From: Candidatus Eiseniibacteriota bacterium
Lineage (GTDB): Bacteria > Eisenbacteria > RBG-16-71-46
Reading direction: 5' to 3'
Assembly: GCA_044222065.1 (NCBI GenBank)
Contig: JBGAOA010000011.1
Location: 1,862 to 65,861, forward strand
DNA length: 64,000 bases
In this document: positions 39,084-48,852 of the stretch, piece after piece
Position numbering within the stretch: position 1 is the first letter of the stretch
How the letters are laid out: every line of letters begins with the position of its first letter
Notes under the pieces: generated by a model
Database searches by the model: none
What the model was told of the DNA's origin: nothing
Seen by the model: only the letters and a program-made list of their open reading frames with translations
Program-made: the position numbers and the translations under genes

Positions 39084-40490
39084 ATGCTTCGTGCCCGACT
39101 CCGGTTTCTCCTCGCGTGCGCGGCGCTCGTCGCGCCTTCCGTCACTCCGTCGCGCGCCGCCGAAACGAAGGCGTTCGTCGCGTGCAGCGACTTCTCGACC
39201 GGCTCGCTCGACGTCGTGAACCTCGGCACGCGCGCCGTGTCGCGGGACGTGGAGCCGATCCACTCCGACGCGCGGCTGCGCTTCTTCGGCGGCGAGCTGT
39301 ACGTGATCAACCGCTTCGGCCAGGACAACGTGCAGGTCGTGAACCCGGCGACGAACCAGACCGTGCGGCAGTTCTCGACGGGGAACGGGTCGAATCCCTA
39401 CGACCTCGCGTTCGTCTCGGCGACCAGGGCTTACGTGACGCGCTACGACCGCGCCTCGATCCTGATCGTGAACCCGCAAACGGGGGCGGAACTCGGCACG
39501 ATCGATCTCGCGGCGTTCGCCGACGCGGACGGACTGCCCGAGATGGACCACGCCGTGCGCGTGGACGACCGCGTGTTCGTGTCGCTGCAGCGCCTGAATC
39601 GCAGCGCCGGCTACGCGCCGACCGATTCGAGCCTCGTCGTCGTGATCGACGCGGACGCCGACACGGTGCTCGACGCCGACCCGGCGCACGCCGGCAAGCA
39701 GGCGATCCGGCTCGCGGCGAAGAACCCGGTGACGGCGTTCGCGTTCGACGCCGCGAGCGCCCGCCTCCTCGTCGGCTGCGCCGGGGTCTACGGCGCGACG
39801 GACGGCGCGGTCGTCGCGCTCGATCCCGTGCACCTGACGAGCCTCGGCACGGTCGCGACCGAGGCGAACCTGGGCGGGGACCTCGGCGACCTCGCCTGGT
39901 GGTCGGCGACGCGCTCGTACGCGATCGTGAGCGACGCCGCGTTCAACACGAAGCTCGTCGCGTGGAATCCGACGACCGGGCTCTCGCTCGGCGCGATCGC
40001 GAGCCCGTCGGGGTTCGTGCTCGCCGACGTCGAGCTGAACGACCGGGGCGAGCTGTACCTGTGCAACGACGATTTCGTGCTCGGCGGCGTGTCCGTGTAC
40101 GCCGCCGCGACCGGCGCGCTGCTCGCGGGTCCGCTGCCGATGAGCCTGCCGCCGCAGGCGGTGACGTTCGATGCGCCGAGCGGAATCGTCGTCGGCGCCG
40201 AGGAGCGTTTCCCCTCGTTCGCGTTCGCGCCGCCGTCGCCGAACCCGGCGCGTTCGAGCATCGCGTTCGCGCTCACGCTGCCGGAGGCGGGCGATCTCGC
40301 GCTCGAGATCGCGGACGTCGCCGGGCGCCGCGTCGCGACGCTGGCGCGCGGCACCGCAACCGCTGGGACGCATCACTTCGAGTGGAACTTGAAGTGCGAA
40401 GGCGGCGGCTCGGCGCCCTCGGGCGTCTACTTCGCGTGCGCCGCGATCGGCCGCGAGCGCGTGACGCGCCGGCTCGTCGTCGTGCGCTGA
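39084..40490 (+). CDS. secreted beta-propeller-like protein with C-terminal sorting/Ig-like domain
   Basis: It starts 2 nt after the receptor stop. A signal peptide is followed by YncE-like repeats. The C-terminal tail reads LALEIADVAGRRVATL...GVYFACA. Confidence 0.65.
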   Translation: MLRARLRFLLACAALVAPSVTPSRAAETKAFVACSDFSTGSLDVVNLGTRAVSRDVEPIHSDARLRFFGGELYVINRFGQDNVQVVNPATNQTVRQFSTGNGSNPYDLAFVSATRAYVTRYDRASILIVNPQTGAELGTIDLAAFADADGLPEMDHAVRVDDRVFVSLQRLNRSAGYAPTDSSLVVVIDADADTVLDADPAHAGKQAIRLAAKNPVTAFAFDAASARLLVGCAGVYGATDGAVVALDPVHLTSLGTVATEANLGGDLGDLAWWSATRSYAIVSDAAFNTKLVAWNPTTGLSLGAIASPSGFVLADVELNDRGELYLCNDDFVLGGVSVYAAATGALLAGPLPMSLPPQAVTFDAPSGIVVGAEERFPSFAFAPPSPNPARSSIAFALTLPEAGDLALEIADVAGRRVATLARGTATAGTHHFEWNLKCEGGGSAPSGVYFACAAIGRERVTRRLVVVR

Positions 40491-40790
40491 GCCGTCGAAC
40501 GCGCGAGCGCGAGTGCGATCCGAGCCGCGAAAATCACGCTCGGAACCGTCGTTCGCGCTTGCGCCTCGCCCGCTCCGCGGTTAGATTGCGCGCGCTGCTC
40601 GGCGGAAACGGCCCCCACGCCGTCGTCCGCCATCTCCCAGGGCACGCAACCGGGTCAGCGACGGATCGCACCGGATCCCCGCGAAGCCCGTTCCCCAGCT
40701 CTCCAGACATCGAAGCAGGCCGCCGCGCTCGACATCTCGCGCTCGTGGACCCGACTCGTCCGCGCGCCACACCGGGGCTTGGGAGGGACA

Positions 40791-41453
40791 ATGGTTTTTT
40801 CGCGGCTAGGGATAGTCGCCACCGCGATCGCCGGCATCACGCTGCTGGGGTTCGCACCGTCGGCTCACGCCGCCGACGTCACATTGATCTGGACCGCGCC
40901 CGGGGACGACGGCTACACCGGAATCGCGACCTCGTACGATCTGCGTTATTCCACGACGCCGATCAACGACGGGAATTTCGCGTTCGCCTCCCGTGTGATG
41001 AACGCCCCGTCGCCGAGGCAGCCGGGCAGCCTGCAGTTCCACATCGTTCAGGGTCTGCAGGCGAACCTCGACTACTTCTTCGCGCTCAAGACGTGCGACG
41101 AGCGCGGGAACTGGTCGGCGATCTCGAACATCGCCGTCCACACGGGCGAGAAGCTCGCGAGCGAGGACTCCGTCCTCCAGCTCGCCGTGAGTCCGCCGAG
41201 CCCGAACCCCGCGCGCTTCGACGTCCGCTTCGAGATCACGCTGCCCACCGAAGCCGAGGTGGACGTGCGCGTGTTCGACATCACCGGTCGTGAATTGAGC
41301 CGCGTCGCCTCCGGCGTCTACGACGCCGGGCGCGCGCAGGTGAGCTGGAACCTCCTGGATCGGACGGGTCGTCGCGTGGCGCCCGGCGTCTATCTGGTCC
41401 GGGCCCGGCTGGGAGGCGAGTCCTTCTCGAGGAGGGTTCTCGTCACGAATTAG
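40791..41453 (+). CDS. secreted FN3-like protein with C-terminal sorting/Ig-like domain
   Basis: ATG 40791 follows GGAGG and a signal peptide. The C-terminal tail reads VDVRVFDITGRELSRV..GVYLVRARLGG. Confidence 0.6.
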   Translation: MVFSRLGIVATAIAGITLLGFAPSAHAADVTLIWTAPGDDGYTGIATSYDLRYSTTPINDGNFAFASRVMNAPSPRQPGSLQFHIVQGLQANLDYFFALKTCDERGNWSAISNIAVHTGEKLASEDSVLQLAVSPPSPNPARFDVRFEITLPTEAEVDVRVFDITGRELSRVASGVYDAGRAQVSWNLLDRTGRRVAPGVYLVRARLGGESFSRRVLVTN

Positions 41454-41572
41454 CGTCGTCGGCGCCGCAGGGAGGCGGCGCCACGCGACGCGTTTGCGCG
41501 CGCGCGTCGCCGGTTCGTAGGCTGCGCGCGGCGCGCACCGGGACGACCCTCGGGCGCGCGGAGACCTGCACC

Positions 41573-42979
41573 GTGCCCCGCACCCCGGCCGCGATCCTCG
41601 CGGTCCTTTGCGCTGCCGTCGTCGCTGTCGTCGCGATCACGACCGCTTTCGCCGACGGCCCGCTCGATACGACGAGCGTGTATCCGCCGCCCGCTCCGCG
41701 CGTCGCCGCGCCCGCAGCACCCGCCGACACCGGGCTCGCCGACTCGCTCGCCGCCGCGCCCGCGGGACCGCGCGACTACGTCGGCGAGCTGCGCGCGAAC
41801 TTCACGCCCGCGAACCGGACCTACGCGCGCATCCGCCAGACGCTCTCGTTCGCGGCGCCGCTGTACGCGCTGTTCGTGGCCGCCGTGCTGCTGTTCTCGG
41901 GCGGTTCGGCGCGCATCCGCGCGCGCATCGAGGGGCTCGTCCAGAGCGGCTACGTGCGCGCGATGCTCTACGTGACGCTCTACTTCGTCACCGTCACGGT
42001 GCTGTCGCTGCCGTTCGACGTCTACCGCGACTGGGCGCTCGAGCGGCAGTTCGGGCTCTCGACGCAGAGCTTCGGCGCGTGGGTCACGGATCACGGCAAG
42101 TCGCTCGCGTACCTGATCGTCCTCTATGGAATCGTGCCGGTCGTGTGGGGTGCGCTCGCCGTCGTGCGGCGTTCTCCGCGCTTCGCCTGGGCGTGGCTCG
42201 GCGTGCTCGGGCTGCCGCTCTCGATCGCGCTCGTGTGGCTCGCGCCGCTCTTCGTGGACCCGGCGTTCAACCGCTTCACGCCGCTCGAGGACTATGACCT
42301 GCGCGTCGGCCTGCGCGATCTCACGGCGCGCGCGGGCATCGCGGGCGCGCAGACGTTCCAGGTGGACAAGAGCCGCCAGACGAAGAAGGTGAACGCGTAC
42401 GTCACCGGCTTCGGCGGTTCGCACCGCGTCGTGCTGTGGGACACGCTGATCCGCCAGATGAAGCGCGACGAGGTGCTGTTCGTCTCGGCGCACGAGATCG
42501 GCCACTACCGGCTCGGGCACGTGTTCAAGGGCATCCTGCTCAGTTCGGCGGGATCGCTCGCGTTCCTGCTCGTGTACTTCGCGCTCGCGCGCGCCTCGCT
42601 CGGGCGCTGGGGCTCGGATTGGGGCGTGCGCGGGCTCGACGACCTCGCCGCGCTGCCGCTCCACTTCGCGCTGCTCGGCGCGCTGACGTTCGCCACCGCG
42701 CCGATCACGAACGCCGTCTCGCGCTCGATGGAGCACGACGCCGACGTCTACGCCCTCGAGATCACGCGCGACAACGACGCCGGCGCGCGCACGTTCCTCG
42801 CGCTTGCGCGCGAGAACCGCTCCGATCCCGATCCGGCGCCGCTCGCGCGCTGGTTCCTGTGGACCCACCCGCCGCTCCTGGACCGCGTGCGTTTCGCGAT
42901 CGCGTACCGGCCGTGGGAGGAGGGGAAGCCGAACCGGCTCTACCGCGGGCCCGAGGCGGGAGCGGTCGCGGGGCGCTGA
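41573..42979 (+). CDS. M48-family zinc metallopeptidase (Ste24/HtpX-like)
   Basis: The HEIGHYRLGH zinc-binding motif is present and the protein is multi-TM. Confidence 0.8.
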   Translation: MPRTPAAILAVLCAAVVAVVAITTAFADGPLDTTSVYPPPAPRVAAPAAPADTGLADSLAAAPAGPRDYVGELRANFTPANRTYARIRQTLSFAAPLYALFVAAVLLFSGGSARIRARIEGLVQSGYVRAMLYVTLYFVTVTVLSLPFDVYRDWALERQFGLSTQSFGAWVTDHGKSLAYLIVLYGIVPVVWGALAVVRRSPRFAWAWLGVLGLPLSIALVWLAPLFVDPAFNRFTPLEDYDLRVGLRDLTARAGIAGAQTFQVDKSRQTKKVNAYVTGFGGSHRVVLWDTLIRQMKRDEVLFVSAHEIGHYRLGHVFKGILLSSAGSLAFLLVYFALARASLGRWGSDWGVRGLDDLAALPLHFALLGALTFATAPITNAVSRSMEHDADVYALEITRDNDAGARTFLALARENRSDPDPAPLARWFLWTHPPLLDRVRFAIAYRPWEEGKPNRLYRGPEAGAVAGR

Positions 42980-42983
42980 GCCC

Positions 42984-44861
42984 TCAGCGCGCGCCGGTCG
43001 CGATGCGCGTCACGGCGCGCTCGCCGGCGACGCGTGCGACGAGCCGCGAGGCCGGGACGCGGTGCGAGAAGCGCGGCGCGTGCTCCGAGCGCTCGAGCGT
43101 CCAGCCCGCGACGCCCTCGGCTTCGAACGTCGCGCGCGAGCCGCCGGTCGCGACGACCGCCCGCGCGCCGTCGGTCTCGACGCTCGCACCCGGCGCGAGC
43201 GGGAAGACGAGCCGCGGGTCGCGGCCGCGCACGCGGTCCTCGATCGTCACGACGCCGTCCGCGACGCCGACCGAGCGCGCGTGCGTCTCGCCCGTGCGCC
43301 ATGTGCAGCGCCAGCCGTCGCCCTCGGGTGCGACGCTCGCGCGGCGGCCCCACAGGAACGGCCCGAGGCTCTCGCTCTGGTCGCGGCCGCCGAAGTTCAC
43401 GGTCGCGTGCGAGGCCGTGGCGCGCGTGCGCGCCCGCGCGTCGTCGTCGTCGTGATAGGCGAGCGTTCCCGGATCCACGACGACGCCATCCGCGCCGCGG
43501 AACACGGTGACGGCGAGCGCGTCCGCGTGGCCGTGCGCGGCGAGGGCGCCGAGCCCGAGCGGTCCGTGGTCGAACGTCACGTGCAGCCCGCGCTCGCGCC
43601 ACACCGTCCAGCCGCCGGCCGGGAACTCGTGACGGCCGTCGGCCGCGGCGCGCGCCGTCCGCGCGGCGTCGCATCGCAGCAGCTCCGCGTACGCGCGCGC
43701 GCCGTCCGAGAGCGCGTCCTCGCCGAGCCACGCGGCGAGCGCGTTGCCGACGAGGTCGAGCCGCGAGGCGGCGTGGCTCGCGAGCAGCACGCGCCCGTCG
43801 TCCTCGTCGCCGACCTGCGGCGCGGAACCGTCCGCGAGCCGGATCGCGCGCGCGAATTCGAGCGACGCCCGGAGGCGCCGCCGCGTCGAGTCACCGGCGC
43901 GGTGTCCCGCGCGATCGAGCGCCGTGAACGCGAGCAGCAGCAGCTCCCAGACGAACGGCAGGTAGCCGAACGCCTGCTCGGCGTTGACGCCGTCCGCGTG
44001 GAACTGCGCCTCGACTTCCGCCTCGAGCGCACCGAGCGCGGCGCGGGCGAGCCGTTTGGAGCCGCGCAAGCCCGGCAGCAGCGCGGCCGCGATCGCGACG
44101 CTCGCGTCCTCGGCAAGAAGGTGGTTGTTCGCGCTCGAGCCGACGCTGCGGTGCGCGCGGCACCAGAGCGCCTGCTGGGCCGCGAGCCCGAGCGCGGGCT
44201 CGAGCGCGTCGCGCACGTCGTCCGGCTCGGCGAGCGACAGCGTCGCGAGCGTGTTCGCGACGCGGATCGCCATCTCGATGCCGCTCGTCTGGTGGAGCCC
44301 GTGGCCGAGCGGGTTGCGGCGCGCGAAGTCCTCGAGCAGGCGCGCGGCGCGGCGCGCGAGCGCGCGGTCGCCGCTCGCACGCGCGGCGAGCGCGAGGTCG
44401 GGCACGAACGTGAGCCGCCCGAGTTCCCACGTGAACTTCGCGCCGCCTGCCGCACCGGCGCGGCGGTAGTCGATCGCGCGGCTCGGCGCATCGGGCCACG
44501 ACGCTCCCGAGAGCGGATTGCGGTTCCAGTCGGGCGGATCGGCGAGCGTCACGCGGTGCCCGAACAGCGACCATTCGCCGCGCTCGAACGCGCGCGCGGC
44601 TGCGACGACGGATTCGAGTTCGCCGGCGTCGGCGGGCGGCGCGAGCCAGCCGCCGAGCCGCGCGAGGTCGAAGCCGAGCGACGCGTCGCGCCGGTCGCGC
44701 CGGGTGCTGCAGCGCCCGCTTCGGCGGGCGTCCACTTCGACCACGCCGGGGGCGCGAGGCGGTCGCGCGCGGCGACGCGCGCGCGGTGCGCGAGCTCGGA
44801 CGGCGTCATCGCGCGGAGCCGCCGGAGCTTCCAGCCGAGGCCGCTCACGCGCGCGCTCCAT
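42984..44861 (-). CDS. heparinase II/III-like protein (possible frameshift near N-terminus)
   Basis: The body has heparinase II/III features (DPPDWNRNPL, alpha/alpha toroid region). The family N-terminal motif (GWKLRRLRAMTPSELAHRARVA) lies in a different frame starting at GTG 44848, which overlaps the upstream glycosyltransferase stop by GTGA. Confidence 0.5.
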   Translation of the reverse strand: MERARERPRLEAPAAPRDDAVRARAPRARRRARPPRAPGVVEVDARRSGRCSTRRDRRDASLGFDLARLGGWLAPPADAGELESVVAAARAFERGEWSLFGHRVTLADPPDWNRNPLSGASWPDAPSRAIDYRRAGAAGGAKFTWELGRLTFVPDLALAARASGDRALARRAARLLEDFARRNPLGHGLHQTSGIEMAIRVANTLATLSLAEPDDVRDALEPALGLAAQQALWCRAHRSVGSSANNHLLAEDASVAIAAALLPGLRGSKRLARAALGALEAEVEAQFHADGVNAEQAFGYLPFVWELLLLAFTALDRAGHRAGDSTRRRLRASLEFARAIRLADGSAPQVGDEDDGRVLLASHAASRLDLVGNALAAWLGEDALSDGARAYAELLRCDAARTARAAADGRHEFPAGGWTVWRERGLHVTFDHGPLGLGALAAHGHADALAVTVFRGADGVVVDPGTLAYHDDDDARARTRATASHATVNFGGRDQSESLGPFLWGRRASVAPEGDGWRCTWRTGETHARSVGVADGVVTIEDRVRGRDPRLVFPLAPGASVETDGARAVVATGGSRATFEAEGVAGWTLERSEHAPRFSHRVPASRLVARVAGERAVTRIATGAR

Positions 44862-46029
44862 CGCGCGCCGCCAGCTCCGCGCGCACGGCGTCCGCGACGA
44901 GCCCGGCCACGCGGTCGGGGTGGAAGGCCGCGACGTCTTCGCGCAGCTGGCGCCCGAGCCGGACGCGCCGCTCGGGATCGCGCGCGAGCGCGGCAAGCGC
45001 GGCGGTGAGCCCGTCCACGTCGCCGGGCTCGACGATCAGTCCGTTCGAGCCGTCGCGCACGAGATCGGTGATCGCGCCGACCGGCGTCGTCACCACGGGG
45101 AGCGCGAACGCGCCCGCTTCGTAGAGCACGGCCGGGATGCCCTCGTTGTAGCTCGGGAGCGCGAACACGTCGGCGTCGTCGAACTCGCGGTAGAGCGGCT
45201 CGCCCGTGAGCGGGCCCGTGAAGCGCGCGCGTTCGCCGAGCCCGAGTTCGTCGCGCAGCGCGTGCGCCGCTTCGGTCTCGCCCGCGAGCTGCGCGGGTCC
45301 GACGAACGTGCACGTCACCTCGACGCCCGAATCCGCGAGCCGGCGCAGCGCCTTCAGCAGGTCGAGCACGCCCTTGCGGCGGCCGAGCTGGCCCACGTAC
45401 AGCACGCGCATCGGACCCGGCGGACGCACGCCGCGCGGCGTGCGCGCGCCGCGCTCGACGACCTCGCGACGAAACGTCGAGGGGCACACGTCCACGGGCA
45501 TCGCGACGCCGTAGTCGCGGAACAGCGCGCGCCAGCGTTCGCCGAGCACGAGCAAGCGGTGGAACCGGGCGAGCCCGCCGCGCACGAGTCGCTCGTCGCG
45601 GCCGGTGCGCTTCAGCACGTCGGGGATGTCGCCCGCGTGCTGGTGGCCGATCACGCGCGCGCCCGAGCGGCGCGCGATCCAGCCGAGCGCGAGGTCGCGC
45701 AGCGCGCCGGACCACGTGCCGGCGATCGGGATGTACACGACGTCGGGCCGCACGCGCGCGAGCGACGCGGCGAGGCGCGCGAAGTGGACCGCGGCCCACG
45801 CGAAGTTGCCCGCATCGAAGACGCCCTGCGTGGACTTCGGACGGCGCTTCGTCGTGTCGCAGTGGAAGACCGCGAACTCATCGAGCGCGTGCGACTCGAG
45901 GATCGCCTGCGTGAACGTCTCGACGCCGCCGATCGGCGGCGGCAGCGGCCCGACGATCAACAGCCGCGCCTTGCGGCCCGGGGCGGCGTTCGAGGTTTCG
46001 ATTGCGTTGCTCCGCGCCCTAGGCTCCAT
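44845..46029 (-). CDS. GT4-family glycosyltransferase
   Basis: ATG 46029 gives ..KARLLIVGPLPPPIGGVETF.. The C-terminus has the EX7E-type motif (PSYNEGIPAVLYEA). Confidence 0.8.
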   Translation of the reverse strand: MEPRARSNAIETSNAAPGRKARLLIVGPLPPPIGGVETFTQAILESHALDEFAVFHCDTTKRRPKSTQGVFDAGNFAWAAVHFARLAASLARVRPDVVYIPIAGTWSGALRDLALGWIARRSGARVIGHQHAGDIPDVLKRTGRDERLVRGGLARFHRLLVLGERWRALFRDYGVAMPVDVCPSTFRREVVERGARTPRGVRPPGPMRVLYVGQLGRRKGVLDLLKALRRLADSGVEVTCTFVGPAQLAGETEAAHALRDELGLGERARFTGPLTGEPLYREFDDADVFALPSYNEGIPAVLYEAGAFALPVVTTPVGAITDLVRDGSNGLIVEPGDVDGLTAALAALARDPERRVRLGRQLREDVAAFHPDRVAGLVADAVRAELAARDGARA

Positions 46030-46141
46030 TCGAAGACTCGAGTGCAAGGCGGCGAGGGAGTGAGGAACGACGTGTATCCGCAGGATACTCCGCAGTGACG
46101 AACGACCGAGCCAACGCAGCAATCGAGTCTTCGAATGGGGC

Positions 46142-47299
46142 CTAACGCAGCGCGCGCTCGAGGAACAGACCAAGCGACTGGAGAACGCTCGAAGGGCTCA
46201 GGCTGTGGATGCCGTTCGGGAACAGCTTCGACTCGACCGGCGCGCCGGCCTTCTCGAGCGCCGCGAGGAACCGGCGCGCCTCCTCCGCCGGCACGTCGCG
46301 GTCGCGCTCGCCGTGGAGCACGAGGACGCGCGCCTTGATCGCGGGCACGCGCGCCGCGGGGGAGGCGTCCTTCCAGGCGCTCGTGTCGTGGCCGGCGCCG
46401 GCGAGCAGTGCGGTCCGCAGCGCGGGCGACCACGCCGCGCGCGCGGACGGCGAGAGGTCGTACGCGCCGCTGATCAGGGCGACGGCGCTCACGCGCGGAT
46501 CGTCGGCCGCGAGATTCAGCGCCGGCACGGCGCCGAGGCTCTGACCGAGCACGCCCATGCGCTTCGGGTCGACGTGCGGCGAGGCCGCGAGGCGGTCGAG
46601 TCCCGCGCGCGTCGCGGCGCGCACCGCCGGTCCCGCGAACGCGCGCGAACCGGCCGAGGTTCCGAAGCCGGGAAGGCTCATGCACACGACCGTCGTGCCG
46701 CGCCCGGCGAGCAGCTGAGCGAGTCGCAGCATGCGGCGCGCGCTCGAGCCCTCGGGGTGGATGAGAAGGAGGCCCGGGCCCTTCTCCATGCCGCCCGCCG
46801 CGATCTCGACGACTTCGACCGCGCCAGACTTGGAAGCGACGGATTCGGACGGATTCGCCGCCTGGAACTCGCCCGGCGCGGTCTCGACCTGCGCCGTGAC
46901 GACGTCCTCGGTGCCGTCGGCCGAATGCGTGTGCAGCCGGAACGTGAGCCGCATGCGATCGCAGTCCGCGGGACGGAAATAGGAGAGCTGCATGTCGGCA
47001 TTCGCCTCGACGGACGAGTTCGCGGCGACGAGCGCGTGCAGGTCGTCCACGATCACACGCGGCAGCGCCGGGTCTCCCGGCGTGAGGTCCTCGGCCGTGC
47101 ACACGAGGCTGTCGAGGTAAAGGCCCGAGCCGCGCCGGTTCGCGATCGTGAGATTCGCCGTCCACTGGAGTTGCTCGTCGGCGACGACGGGCGAGGGCTC
47201 GATCGTGAGCAGCGGCTTCGTCGCGTCGTCGGCCGTCGCGCGTCCGTGGGACAGGGCGAGCGTCGCGCAGGCGATCAGGAGGAACGGGACTCGGCGCAT
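46142..47299 (-). CDS. secreted alpha/beta hydrolase (S9/DLH-like)
   Basis: ATG 47299 is followed by a signal peptide. The GQSLG nucleophile elbow is present. Confidence 0.7.
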   Translation of the reverse strand: MRRVPFLLIACATLALSHGRATADDATKPLLTIEPSPVVADEQLQWTANLTIANRRGSGLYLDSLVCTAEDLTPGDPALPRVIVDDLHALVAANSSVEANADMQLSYFRPADCDRMRLTFRLHTHSADGTEDVVTAQVETAPGEFQAANPSESVASKSGAVEVVEIAAGGMEKGPGLLLIHPEGSSARRMLRLAQLLAGRGTTVVCMSLPGFGTSAGSRAFAGPAVRAATRAGLDRLAASPHVDPKRMGVLGQSLGAVPALNLAADDPRVSAVALISGAYDLSPSARAAWSPALRTALLAGAGHDTSAWKDASPAARVPAIKARVLVLHGERDRDVPAEEARRFLAALEKAGAPVESKLFPNGIHSLSPSSVLQSLGLFLERALR

Positions 47300-47343
47300 G
47301 TCGGGGGCTCTCGATCGGGAGGGTCGGGGAACGAGCGGCGGCG

Positions 47344-48120
47344 ATGGTAGCATGCGGTTCCCGCCGTGCGCGTCACGGTCTCTTGAACTCTCGCCCCCGG
47401 AACGCACCGTTGACGACACCCGCCGCCGGACTCGTGTGGCTGTTCGACGTGGATGGAACCCTGCTCACCACCGACGGCGCCGCGCGGGAGGCGTTCTCGC
47501 GCGCCATGCACCGCGCGTTCGGAGTGGACGACGACCTGAAGAGCGTGGCGTTCGCGGGCCGCACGGACCCGCTGATCCTCGCCGACATCCTCGCGAAGCA
47601 CGGTCTCGAATGCCCCGACCTCGGGCGCTTCTGGCCGCTCGTGTTCGAGGAGATGGCGGTCGTGCTGCGCGCCGATCGCGGGCGGCTGCTCCCGGGAGTC
47701 CCCGGCATCCTCGACGCGCTCGAGCACGATCCCGGCGGCGTGCTCGCGCTGCTGACGGGCAACACCGGTCGCATGGCGGACGTGAAGCTCGGGCACTTCG
47801 GCGTGCGCGGACGCTTCCGATTCGGCGCGTTCGGCGACGAGGCCGAGGACCGCAACGCGCTCGCGCGGATCGCCGTCGCGCGCTCGCGCGACGGCTACGG
47901 CGTGGCGCCGCACCGGTGCATCGTGATCGGCGACACCGAGCACGACATCGCCTGCGCGCGTGCGGCCGGCGCGTGGGCCGTGGCGGTCGCGACCGGCGTG
48001 CGCTCGCGCGACGAACTCGCCGCCCGCGATCCGGACCTGCTGCTCGACGACCTCACGGACGCGGCGCCGATTCGGGCGCTCGCGGCGCGCGCGCTCGCCG
48101 ACGAGCGGCCCGGGACCTAG
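47344..48120 (+). CDS. HAD-family hydrolase
   Basis: DVDGTLL motif I is present along with GDTEHD. The start may instead be TTG 47410. Confidence 0.7.
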   Translation: MVACGSRRARHGLLNSRPRNAPLTTPAAGLVWLFDVDGTLLTTDGAAREAFSRAMHRAFGVDDDLKSVAFAGRTDPLILADILAKHGLECPDLGRFWPLVFEEMAVVLRADRGRLLPGVPGILDALEHDPGGVLALLTGNTGRMADVKLGHFGVRGRFRFGAFGDEAEDRNALARIAVARSRDGYGVAPHRCIVIGDTEHDIACARAAGAWAVAVATGVRSRDELAARDPDLLLDDLTDAAPIRALAARALADERPGT

Positions 48121-48734
48121 TTCGAGCCGTCGAAGCCCGACTGCGCGCGCCGCATCATCTCGAGCGCCTCGTCGAGCCCCGTCGCGACCGGCGCGTCGGG
48201 CAGCGCCGTGCGCAGCGCCTCGACCGGCCGGTAGAGCACCGGGAAGTCGCACGCGCGCAGGATCGAGAGGTCGTTCAGGCTGTCGCCCATCGCGGCGACG
48301 CGGAAGCCCGCCGCCTGGAACCCCGACACGAGCCGTTCCTTCTGGCCGCGGATGCGCAGCTTGAAGCCGCGAATGCGGCCGTCGGCGTCGAGCTCGAAGC
48401 GGTTCGCGAACAGGTTGCAGCCGCCGAGTCGCTCGATCAGCGGATCCGCGAACTCGTGGAACGTGTCCGAGATCACGATCACCTGTCCCAGCGGGCGCAG
48501 GCGGGCGAGGAACTCGCGCGCCCCGAGGTACGGCTCGACCGTGTGCGCGACGTCCTGGAGCTGCCGGAGCGTGAGCCCCGCGCGCGCGCAGCCCGCCACG
48601 CGCCGGCGCATCAGCTCCTCGAAATCGGCGAGGTCCCGGGTCGTGAGTCCGAGTTCCGGAACGCCGAAGTGATCGGAGAGCCGGGACCAGATCTCGGGCG
48701 CGAGCACGCCTTCCAGGTCGATCGAGAACACCAT
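48117..48734 (-). CDS. thrH: phosphoserine phosphatase/homoserine phosphotransferase ThrH-like (HAD)
   Basis: MVFSIDLEGVLAPEIW.. is collinear with Pseudomonas ThrH along its whole length. Confidence 0.75.
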   Translation of the reverse strand: MVFSIDLEGVLAPEIWSRLSDHFGVPELGLTTRDLADFEELMRRRVAGCARAGLTLRQLQDVAHTVEPYLGAREFLARLRPLGQVIVISDTFHEFADPLIERLGGCNLFANRFELDADGRIRGFKLRIRGQKERLVSGFQAAGFRVAAMGDSLNDLSILRACDFPVLYRPVEALRTALPDAPVATGLDEALEMMRRAQSGFDGSN

Positions 48735-48817
48735 GGGCCGCGCATCCTAGCAGGCCCGGCGTGGCCGGAGCGGCCCGCGCGCTCGCCGGCGGGGGAGTGC
48801 TTCCGAATAATCTCAAG

Positions 48818-48846
48818 TTGACTGGCCAAAGAGCCGAATGTATTCT
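48818..48846 (+). promoter_or_regulatory. sigma70-like promoter candidate (TTGACT-17-TATTCT)
   Basis: It lies in an AT-richer island directly upstream of lrp. Confidence 0.35.
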
Positions 48847-48852
48847 CGTCAC

